The translations under genes were made by a program, and so were the position numbers. Under the pieces are notes generated by a model, which saw nothing but the letters and a program-made list of their open reading frames with translations, did not search any database and was not told the origin of the DNA. Of a DNA stretch of 64,000 bases, positions 20,901-32,438 are shown in pieces. Origin of the DNA: Dimorphilus gyrociliatus (lineage: Eukaryota; Animalia; Annelida); NCBI GenBank assembly GCA_904063045.1, contig CAJFCJ010000033.1, positions 62,001-126,000 on the forward strand, given 5' to 3'. Within the stretch, counting starts at the first letter, position 1. Each line of letters opens with the position of its first letter.

Positions 20901-23900
20901 ATAGTAATTAGAAAAAATTTTAATTATCTTTTACTCCTTATTTTATCTAATATAGGATTTGATCGAAGACCACTTCAAATTTTAATTTCTGCTAAGAACG
21001 ACTTGCGTATATACATCAGTGAATTTCGTACTTGTCTCGAAGACGATAGAAACAGAGAAATAAATATTGAAATTTCGAATGGTACAGAAATACTCTGGAC
21101 AAAAAGTTTAACTTTATCCAGGGATGGATGTGTTAAAATAAGCAATATTAGCATAGCTACTCAACGTTCAAAATTGAAGCTAATATCGTCGAATGGAAAT
21201 GTTCGCTATTTAATATTTTATTCTTCTACTAAAAGTATGTAATAACTAAGTGTGCACTATAATGCATAATTCATAATTTCAATAGAGAGATTAACTGAAG
21301 ATAGAGAAGACTTTTTCCCAATCGAAGAATATGGATATAGTTATGGACCAGTCGTAGCTGCCGAAGGATTTTCGTCATATGTAGAATCTAATACAACAAT
21401 ATTAGACTTATTATCTTACTGTAAGAAAAATGGCATGCAACCAGCTTCTCTGAAGAATGACAAAACTCTTCGGGAGTTTGGAAAGTATTTATTATTGTCG
21501 GGATATCATAGTTATATAATAGGCGCAGTAAAAAATCAAGGTGTTACATCTTTCATTTGGTTGAAAAATAATGAAATCGTAAAACAATCGGATATCGGAT
21601 CGAAAAATTACAAGTAAATCTTTTCTAAAAGAAGCAAGCAAATTTTTATAAATAGTAAAATAATTTGAATATATTATTCTGCAGATTATTCGAAAAAGTC
21701 ACCATAGCTAACCAGCTATGCGTAGTTTGGAAGAAAAATAGCGATTTAGAACTAATAGATTGTTCGAAGACTGTCTCAAAATATAAATATTCCCCTTTAT
21801 GCGAAAAAGGTTAGATTGTTATTATTACAAATCTAGTTCAATTTAAGGTTAAATTAAAAAAATATAGTGAAACTATCAGACAAAAGATCATATTATAGAT
21901 GATATTCCACGTTGTGAATAAGTCATAAAATAAATATATATGATCTACCAATATTTATTAAAGATTTCGTGTGAACAAGATGCGTGAGATGCATAAGATT
22001 CTAACAAAAGAAGACAAACAAAACAATCGGTTATTGTACTATAGTTAAATATTTCTTGACACCTTTTTACAATAAAACAGCTACTTTTAGGCAAACAATT
22101 GAACTATAAAATAGAAATAAATATTGGAATAATAGTTTTATCTCTCTCATTCACCTCTAATATACTGTATTTTAATTAATTATATATATATATACATTTA
22201 TTCTAAAGATGAATAAAAAATATTCACTTTTTTTGCTGTTTATTAGCAATGAATAATAATATTTTATTTATTTCTTTAAATATCTTTTTGATAAAATTAA
22301 AATATTTATGATTTACAGTTTTTTATCTTTATTAGATATAGATGAATGTAGAAAACAACCATGTGGAGCGGAGTCATCTTGTTTTAATACGATTGGTGGT
22401 TATAATTGCAATTGTAAAAAGGGATATTTTACGATAAATAAGGAAGAAGATTGTAAAAATTTGTGCAAATTTAATTTGGGATCAAATTGGAGTTTGTATA
22501 AAGGAAAATGTGTAATACAATATAGCTCTTTAATGAGTTACTATGAAGCAGTGCAACGATGTAAATTGGATAATCTTAAAAACGAAAATACTCCTTGTTT
22601 CAACTGCTCTAATTTAATACAACCGATTTGTAGTAAAGGCAATGTTGATGATGAAAACATTCGAGGTTTTATTGTCAAGAAACTTGAAAAATCATTTATA
22701 AGATCTTCGATATCAAAGGTCACCGTTAGCAAAGGGAAATATATCAGAATCCGAGTTATAAAATTCAATACAGAGTTTAAACATGATCAGAGTGTGGCCC
22801 TAAAAATTGTGGAAGAAAATCCAGAAGAACTGATTGCTCATGTGATTTCAGTAGATTCAGAAAATACAACGATTTTAACAATGTCTAATTTCGTAACGAT
22901 AAGAATATATTTTACTGAACGTAGTACTATAATCGAAAAAGCAGTTCTAGCTAGAGGTTTTGTTACTTATGAAGAGGTTGAATGCGGATTGGGAAAAGAC
23001 TGTCCTGAATCTTCTAATTGTGGTTCAATTGGTGAGATAACAAACTTTGATTCATATACGATTAACTATACCAGGGAAGCATCTGCTTGGAAACAATATA
23101 AATACTGTTTATGGAGATTCAAAGTAAAACAAGGACGCTATATCAAAATTTTACCTATTGAGATAGATATGAAATCTAGTCTTTCAAAATGTACGCAATA
23201 TACTGATATATATGATGGGCCCTATATTAAAACCGTCAAGAGAAAGATGAGAGTGTGCGAAGATAAAATGCCTCGATTTGTTTCATCATCCAATACCATA
23301 ACAATAGTCATGATACTGAAAGTAATAACACCATCTTTTAAAATATAATTGTACTTGAAAAACTGTTCAATCTTGAAAAAATTTTTTTAATCTTATAGCC
23401 TTTGGAAAGCCGAGTACATGCTGGAGAACATTTAGTTCTTCAATTAGAGGAAGAAGGTAATACATCATTTAAAAAAGCTACTCTTCTCAAGTAAAACTTT
23501 TCTTTTCTTCACAGAATGCCCCGGATGCGTAATGAGCTCTGATTCATGTGCTTTTCAGGCTGAATGCAGAAGTGAATGCGGTCAAATAATGTCACCTGGA
23601 TATCCTCTTAACTTCCCACCTGGCTTGATATGTCACTGGACAATTTTTTCTGAACCTCGCCATTATATCGAAATAGAAATTATGGATTTCGACGTTCCAT
23701 CCAGTGATTCGAACTGCAAAGAAAATTCCTTAACCCTAATACATGACAACGGGGGATATGGCAATGTACCTTCGAAATTTGGTTAATCTCTATTATTAAT
23801 TTACAAGTAATTTGTTTCTAATAAACTATTATTAATTATTTCAGAAAAGTACTGCGATAAGAAATCATCGAAATTATTCGAGTCTGATGGGGAAATAGCT

Positions 23901-26900
23901 ACTATAGTATTTCAAAGTGACTTCTATTCACAAGGAAATGGATTTAATTTAAAATATAGAATGAAAAAATTTCCTGCAAAGGAAACAGCAAACTCTACTG
24001 AAAGCTCCCTGTGCCAATCTAACTGGTTTTATTACAAGGGAAATTGTTATAAATACTTTAAAGAATCTAGTCTAACGTGGTTGGAAGCCAATACTTTTTG
24101 CATGGCACAAAGTAGCAACCTTGTTAGTATTCTAGATTCCAAAGAAATGGATGTTGTAATGAATTGGTTATTGTACGTATGGATGAAGAATAGTACTGAA
24201 AAGCCTTCAGTCTATTTAGGTTCATTTATTATTTATAAATAAAAGATGTCTCTAATTCTATTTATTCCCTTTACGTGTTCAGGTTTGAATGTAGCACCGA
24301 ACAAGGAAAGATGGACGGACTATTCCCCCATGTCGTATACAGATTGGTAATTGATTAGAGAGTGTTTTTTTTTCAAAAATTTTCCAACCAGTTTATTTCA
24401 GGAGCTGTAGAGAGCCTTCGGACCCTAAAATTGAACATTGTACATTATTTTCAGTAGAAGGATATAAATCCTCCGAACATTGGTTTAATAGACCATGCGC
24501 ACATAAAGCAACTGATAAAATTATATGCAAACGTCCAGCCACTAGTGAGTGACTAGCATTAGAATTAATATTTTTATTATTCTATTATAAATTATCTCTT
24601 TTTCAGATTTTGAAAGCTTTAAAACTCCAGCAAAATTATCACAATATCGTAAAAACGAATAAATTACTTTATAGCTTAGGAATTATAACTAAACACATAC
24701 TTTTTTCGTCTATAGCATGCTCACTAGGATGGTTTTATAATTCAACACTAAAAAGTTGCATATCTCTAAACTTTTTATGCCTCAAATCGTTAATTGCAAA
24801 TAGCGTTGTACAAGATAATTTAACTTTAATACTTGAAACATTATACAGCCAAAAAATATACTTTAACATTGAAAATAGTATCACTGGAAATGAAACATCT
24901 ACTGTCAATAAACCAGATGTTTGTATTAAAGATGTCCTGTTGGAGAATAATACTTGTAATGAGAAAATAGAATTTCAATGTACCGATGGCTCATGTATTT
25001 TAATTAATTATAAATGCGACAGAATAAAACATTGCACAGATGGATCGGATGAACAAAATTGCAGTTAGTTTTCTTTAGATCTTGTTTCAAAATGACTCTG
25101 ATAACTGAACTTTATCTTACCTCAGCCTTTTCAGAAGAAGTAGAGTACTTATGGACAACTTACGATTGTTCTGGCACTAACAGAAGTATTAGTGAACTAT
25201 GCGATCACTCTCAACATTGCCCAACTGGTAGTGATGAAAAAAATTGCGGTATAAGATATCGTTTAACGCAAATATACATATACAGTACATTTGTGAATAT
25301 AAATATTAAACAGATTATCCGAATTGTCCCTCTGACTCTTTTGAATGTTACGACAAACAATGTATCGATAAAAAGTATCAATGCGATGGCTACCAACACT
25401 GTTCGCAAAATGCTGATGAGAAAGACTGCTGTAAATTATCTTTTTATCTTTAACTTTTAAAAATATTTTGCGTACTTATTTTTTTGTCGTTAAAAGCAAA
25501 TTATTATCCGAGAAAAACGTTTACTTGCTACGAAGGAACTATTATCCCGAACTCGAGAGTTAATGATGGTCAAACGGATTGTCAAAGTCCTGAAAAAGAG
25601 GATGAAAGTCAAATCGACAAACACCATAAAAAAAGTTGCAATATAGGAGAATTCAAATGTAAAAACGGAGCTTGTATAAATTTTATAAATATATGTATCA
25701 TGGATAAAGATCCTTGGGGTTACTATACTGGATGTAGAGATCAAAGTCATCTGAGAAATTGCGGTAAATACTCTTTAGTGGTATGTCCTTTTAAAAAAAA
25801 GTATTTATAAATTTTATTTCTTTAGAGTATTTCATATGTCCAAAAGATTACATTAAATGTCCTCATTCTTACTGTATTCCGTTAAATATGAGATGTAACG
25901 GAAAATATGACTGTCCTCGAGGCGAAGACGAAATGGATTGTTATACTCCAACCTGTCCAGGACATCTAAAGTGTTCCGAAAGTAAGCTATGCGTACAATC
26001 AAATAAAAGATGTGACGGATATAAAGATTGTCCTAATGGCGATGACGAACAATTTTGTGGTAATCTGTTTTTCTTTTCTCTTTAAATAGTCTTTTAATCA
26101 ATTTTAATTTTTTTTTCAAAGATTTAACAACATGTCCCCAGAATTGTGTGTGTAATGGTTATATTGTCGAATGCACTAATCAGGGTCTAACAAGTATACC
26201 CGAAGGCTTGTCAAAAAAAGCTAGAATGTTGTAAGTAGACTGTATATACACTATATACTGTAAAATATATTGTAATATTATGTAATATTTTGACAGAAAC
26301 TTGAGAAACAACAGCCTACTTTTGAAAGAAAATACCTTTGAATCTTTTCCATACGTCATATCACTGTAAAGAATATTAAAATAGAATTAAAGAACTATCT
26401 AATTAATAATTCATATTCTAGTATTCTTTCGAATAATAATATTACAGAAATACCAGCAGGAAGTCTTGATTATTTATATAATATTAGAAGATTGTAAGTA
26501 CTTTTATTTCCTATGGTTATTTATTTTCGAAATGAACAATATTATTAAAAAATTTCAGAGATCTTAGCTATAATTCGCTAAGAACCTTTAATGGCTTATT
26601 CAAAAATTTGATTAGTATTGAAGAATTGTAAGTATTTATTTATTTATTTATAATAGATTAAAATAACTTTGTTTTTTATTTTTCTTTTAAAAAAAAAATA
26701 ATACAGGATTTTAGTTAAATGCGGAACGATAGATGTTCTACCTGATGAAATTTTTAGTGGTCTTGTCAACCTTAAAATATTGTAATAATTTCTATATACA
26801 CAATATAGTATACTCTTACTATTTACTTGTTCTTCTTCAATTCTACTTTCACAGAAATCTCGGAGGATTGGGTATAAGGAAAATTTTTCAAGAATCTTTT

Positions 26901-29300
26901 CACGGATTATCATCAGTGAGACTTATGTAATTAAAAATTTCAAATTCTCTTTTGTATTTCTTCTGATAATTTTCTTTTTTTTTTTTAATATAGAAATATT
27001 ACGGACAATCCAATTCCCAGTTTTGAACATTTTCTATTCGATGGTCTAGATCAGTTGACACGAGTGTAAATATAAATATTCCAAATATACTGTATATTGT
27101 ACATATATAGAACAACGTCTTAAATGATGCTAACTGGGCATTAAGCTACTATAGCAACATTAGACATATTAAATATATCAAATCAAAGTGTACAAGCTAA
27201 AATTATTCATAATTTGTATTAATACGTTTGTATTAAAGGGGAAATTTTTTTGCAATTACTTTAATTCTCTTAAAATTGTGAAAGTGGAAAACTTAAACTC
27301 ATACTTTTTACACGTATAATGAAGGAAAGGTGAGAAATTTATAAACTAGGGAAAAGATATGATCAAGTTGCTAAAGACATAATTACTGATCTATCAAAGA
27401 AAACCGGGAGCAATACAATCTTTTGAAAATGTGTCAATTACAAACTATTGTCTGAATAATTGTAAATTTATATACTTGGACGAGATATTTTAAAGAAAAT
27501 TTATTTAAACTCAAATCATGGAGAAGAAGATTGAATATTTGAAAGAAAAAGCTCTTTGTCATCCGGATACTAAAAATATAATCATTAGTTAGAAATTTGC
27601 TTCAGCTGAGTTAGGAAAAATATTATATATTTATCATAATTTTGTATGATATTTAATTGATTGATTGTATTAAAGGTATTGTTGAATTTTTCAACATGTC
27701 TAATGTTAAACATATCTTAGACATTTCATCTATTACGCTCGTGTACAATATTTACAAAAAATCTATTGGCAATTTCTCTTTATTTTTTTTCTTTTAAATG
27801 TTTATAGAGAATCAAGCAATTATGCGTTTTGTTGTATTTTTGGACAAGAGAAGAATTCGTCAAAGAGTTGTCTACCAAAAAAAGACGCCCTTAGTTCATG
27901 TGCTGATTTAATGGAGAGAGATATATTAAGGGCGTTTCTATGGATTTTGGGTGTTCTGGCTTTGGTGGGTAATGCATTTGTTATAATATGGAGATGCTTG
28001 AAGAAGGAAAACAGCCGTTCAGCAATACATACTTTCCTTATAACGAATCTGGGATTAGCAGACTTTCTTATGTCGATCTATCTACTCATCGTAGCAGGAG
28101 TTGACGCTTATTACAGAGGAGATTACATTGAAAATGCACATGTATGGAAGAGTTCAGCTCTGTGTAAACTTTGCGGCGTTTTATCAACAACTTCAAGTCA
28201 ATTATCAGTTTTCGCTCTGACAACTATAACTCTAGACAGATTTTCTTGTATAGTTTATCCATTTTCTGGTAAAAAACTTGGCAAGCGATCGTCCAGAGTC
28301 GTTATAATTTTTGAATGGATTCTCGCTATAACACTAGCCGTCATCCCGCTGTTCCCTTCGGATTATTTCCAAGACAACTTCTATTCCAGGTCCAGTGTTT
28401 GCCTTCCACTGTATTTAACAGGCGATAAAAGATTCGGTTGGGAGTATTCATTTGCCATATTTGTCTTTTTGAATGGTATATCGTTCGTGGTTATTGCTAT
28501 CGCTTATACTGTTATGTTTAGCGTGGTTGTAAAAACGAGAAAGGCAGCTGGTAAAGACAGTGATATATCGATAGCGAGGAAAATGGCTTTTATTGTCGTA
28601 TCTGACATGTTGTGTTGGATGCCTGTCGCTATTATGGGTATTCTTGCTATGTGGGGAGGTGTTACTATACCAGGAGAATTATACGCTTGGACAGCCGTTT
28701 GCATTTTACCAATAAACAGCGCCATCAATCCGATACTTTACACAATATCCAACATCAATTTTAAGTAAGTCATTTCATTTAATTATATGTTACATTATAT
28801 TCCTACTTGATATTAAAAGAGAGATTATCTACACGTCCATCTTATCCAACGATAGTCAAGATTCACAAGCTAAAGCTGATAAAATAACATTGTATTCAAA
28901 CTTGTCCAATTCGGACAGGATCCAATCTTTTGATATTAAAAAATTTTTGAAGTTCTTGTCAGATTGTTCCAAAAAACAAATTATGATATCTGGTTCGACG
29001 TTTGGCTGTTCTTTAGAACAATGTTTACGAAGGGGTGATTCATTCACAGCTGATAACATATTTTACTTTATGCTTGATCTCTGTAAAGCCTTGACATACC
29101 TACACTCACTGAATGTTGCCCATAGGGAGGTTAGCAAGGAAAAGATCGTTCTTTCAAATGAAAAAGGCAGAATTAGAGCCTATTTACTTGGATTGGGGAA
29201 AATGGCGCCTAGATCATCGAACGACAAAACTGGAGTACTGCAGAGCGAAGATATTAAGGATTTGGGTTTACTCGGAGAGAAATTACTTGGACATTCCTAA
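17951..29300 (+). CDS. Giant GRL101/RXFP-type leucine-rich-repeat GPCR: signal peptide, EGF, multiple CUB, C-type lectin, EGF-Ca, 7 LDLa, LRRNT + 6 LRR, hinge, 7TM, C-terminal kinase-like remnant
   Basis: Exons traced in phase from ATG 17951 (MVRKKFFVILYFLFVLK) to stop 29300, except one non-canonical donor at 20876. DIDEC EGF; CUB (CGQIMSPGYPLNFPPGLICHW); CLECT (CQSNWFYYKGNCYKYF); LDLa (CTDGSDEQNC); phase-2 single-LRR exons; 7TM with TNLGLAD, LDRF, SDMLCWMP, PINSAINPILYT. Confidence 0.92.
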
Positions 29301-29409
29301 TATGTAATTACTTTTTATGTTGTAAAATTGAATAATAAAACATAAATGTTGTTTTAATATGTTCAGACGTAGTCATATTGTTTATTTTCATTTGGATTGA
29401 AAGTAAACT

Positions 29410-29868
29410 TTAAACGGTCATATTGTCAATCATACTTGTAAAATTACTAGATTCAACACCTTCATAGAAGTCTATAACAAGATGAGGAAATCGTAATCTT
29501 GCTTCCCGCCCATCCACATAATCTGGTTCCTCTATACCTTTCCACTTAACAAGATACTTCATTCCATTTTCATATTCCGCACATAAAACTCTCTCCGCTT
29601 CGTGAAATCTTGTTGGTTCTCTTTCCATTTCGCACGGTAGCACGACATTTTCAACCGAAATGGTTTCTGGATCACTTTTAGCTTTATCACTTAAACAACT
29701 CGTCAACGGTGATATAGACACAAAGCATGCACCTTCCGGTAAATTTGACAATTGCTCCGATAAATTTTGGTCAACTGCGTTTTTCCTTACAATTATATCT
29801 TGGGAAGAGCAATTTATAGTAGGATTAGGTCTATATGTCGTACATCCTCCGTCATTATTAGTATCCAT
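29410..29868 (-). CDS. Chromo-shadow-domain protein (HP1/CBX-like) without a chromodomain, single coding exon
   Basis: C-terminal EAERVLCAEYENGMKYLVKWKGIEEPDYVDGREARLRFPHLVIDFYE matches HP1 chromo shadow domain; no chromodomain exon found upstream. Start codon could be extended by an unseen exon (acceptor near 29890). Confidence 0.8.
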   Translation of the reverse strand: MDTNNDGGCTTYRPNPTINCSSQDIIVRKNAVDQNLSEQLSNLPEGACFVSISPLTSCLSDKAKSDPETISVENVVLPCEMEREPTRFHEAERVLCAEYENGMKYLVKWKGIEEPDYVDGREARLRFPHLVIDFYEGVESSNFTSMIDNMTV

Positions 29869-30186
29869 CGTAATTCTCTGTGCAGGCTTTTAAAGAAAAA
29901 AACAAAAGTAAATAGGTTTTTATTAAACTTTTCTTTTTATTTTAATCCAGCACCATATAGAGGGATATTTGAAACACTTAACGCGCCACACTCTTTACTT
30001 TTAGATGAGTAGTAAGAAATTTTATATGATTATATTTCCTTGATATTTGAATATTTTTAATTTCCATCTAAAGTTGATATAATAAACTTTTAAATAATCT
30101 CCTAATACGCTAATTACTATCTACAACTTTATTTGTAAGTTTCGCTAATCTTACAGATTCTAAAAAGAAATGAAGTAAACTCTATG

Positions 30187-30196
30187 CTGATTGGCT
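30187..30196 (-). promoter_or_regulatory. CCAAT (NF-Y) box in HP1-like/ropporin divergent promoter
   Basis: ctgattggct = reverse complement AGCCAATCAG, full NF-Y consensus. Confidence 0.45.
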
Positions 30197-30499
30197 AATA
30201 GAAATATATATGTAAACTTGATCGTGATTCGTTTAGTGTTTCCTTAGCGACAAATTTCTTTGGTGAGTAGGTTTCCAACCAAAATAGAAAGGTAAGTTTC
30301 AGCTTTTAGAAATAGTTCATTATTCTTTAGTCGGCTTGCTATGATAAAATGTTTATAAAATATCGTAGATTGAAAAAACCAAGGTGAATTTGTTTGAACT
30401 TGGTTAGAAACGCGAGTTTATTATTGTTTGTGTTATAATAGCCTGATTATCGCCCATAATTATTTCTAAAAATATGTTCCTCTAATAGATACACCGAAA

Positions 30500-31368
30500 A
30501 TGAGCGATGAGCCATACTATTGTTCTGCCCAAATAAACATTCCTCCAGAGTTTCCTGAGATTTTAAAACAATTTACAAAATCTGCCATAGTAACACAACC
30601 TAAAGATGTTTTAGCTTGGGCGGCAGGGTAAGTTATTTAAAGGAGAGATTAAACACTAATTATTAATTTATTAATTTCGTCTATTTAATAGATATTTCAG
30701 GGCTTTGGCAAATGAAGAAGTACCGCCGGTTAAACAGAGAATTGAACTACCAACAGTAACTCAAAAATTCGACAGCGGTCTCACTCCGGGAAATCTAAGA
30801 ATTTTAAATAAGCAATTGGGACCGAAAAAGACGGTTGAAATTGATACAATTCTAGATTATTGGCAAGTTTTACATCTACCCAAGGAAACATTTGACGAAA
30901 TTAGTAGGATTGGTAATTTTACTGGTGAAGTTAATTGGCTAAACTTTTTCGCAATAGCAATTAGTAACATAAACGAAGTAAGAACGATTCTATATATATA
31001 TATATATTAATCTATCATTCTTTTATAACATTTAAAAACAATATCGTTTTCCTATTAAAGAATCTTACGGATTCTATGAAATTGTTATGCGAACAATTAA
31101 CGGCCGATCCGGAAGGCGGAGCTGCAAAGATTCCAATGCAATTGTTCGTCGACCTCTACAAGTATTTGGTTAAAATTGACGGAGAAATTTCTGATAGTAC
31201 AGTAGATACTGCACTTAATCATCTGTACTATATGTCGTAAGTACTATTTATATATCAATACTTATAGAACAACTATTTAAAAAATGACTTGTTTTAAACA
31301 GAGAGAAACAAGATGGAATGATTATGCCGAGGAATTTTATAGCTCCGGAGTGCCCTCCTCTGTACTAA
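30500..31368 (+). CDS. ROPN1L: Ropporin-1-like / AKAP-associated sperm protein (RIIa-type D/D domain), 4 exons
   Basis: MSDEPYYCSAQINIPPEFPEILKQFTKSAIVTQPKDVLAWAAGYF; TQKFDSGLTPGNLRILNKQL; LCEQLTADPEGGAAKIP; stop TAA 31366-31368. Confidence 0.93.
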
Positions 31369-32438
31369 CTTTTCATAATATACTTATATATTGTACTTTG
31401 TTTAATTTGTACTTATAAGAAGAAAAGATACTTTTAATTCTTTCAGTTAAAAGGTTAAAATGTGAATTATTAATAAAATTATTATTTTTCTCTCTATATC
31501 TCTCTTCCTCATAATTTTTTAATAACAAATAGAAAGGAGATTAACCGTTATCTTACTAAGATTTTCAAGATTAAGAATTAGGGAATTCAATAAATTAAAT
31601 TATCTTCCTACCTCTTTTGAAGACGCCTTTACTTTCTTTAATAATATTATTTTAGTCTTTGTTGGTAGTTTAAACGTGGACGACAAATTTCTGAAAGCAA
31701 ATATCAATATAATACTTACAAAAGAGATTTGTATATTTATTTGTTTGACGCCTAATTAATGAAATTAATTAATACTTTGCGGGACTTTGCGGGGTTTTCA
31801 TTTTTCTTTACGGATAAATTCGCTCTTCTAATCAATATATGACTATAGATGTTGAGTTCAGATTACTACACTCTTTGTGACATATTTAAATAAATAATCC
31901 TATACTCTTGTTGTACTTTTTATACTATTCAATATATACTCTTCCTTTAAAGGTTCGTAGTGTTTTTGCTAAACAGTAAGAACACTATACGCATATATAC
32001 CTCTATATATTGAAAATAGGTTAGTAGACTAGTTTAACTGATATAAAAACACTTTTAAAGATTTATTTCAAATTTTTTGATCTAATTTGTGAGTTATTTA
32101 TCGTTTTTTTTCATATTTTTTAAATAGATACAGCTCAAAAAGGCCGTGAACCAGTCAATAAAAGGACGGTGACCACACTCACTTCGCTTCAGTTCTGGTT
32201 CCGGTGTAAACACGACTGGTTAGTTGATTTGCTCATTCTTAAACTTATCGGTCATCCTCTTACGAAAAAGTACCTCTGATAAGCCTTATCACTTTTCGTT
32301 AATTGTTTGAATAATTATGACTTATATTTAAAAAAAGTTCATCTGGTTGTTAACAACTTTGTTTGTCAAGTAGGCGTTGACCAGAACGAATTGGTTTTAT
32401 CAATAAGATTTGATTATTGATATTTGGAAGAAGAGAAG

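Noticed and set aside
27066-27808. Protein-like fragments in a long LGR intron (LDILNISNQ LRR-like; ILGRDIL protease-like)
   Set aside because: Short, interrupted by stops, no phase-compatible splice sites; not distinguishable from chance.
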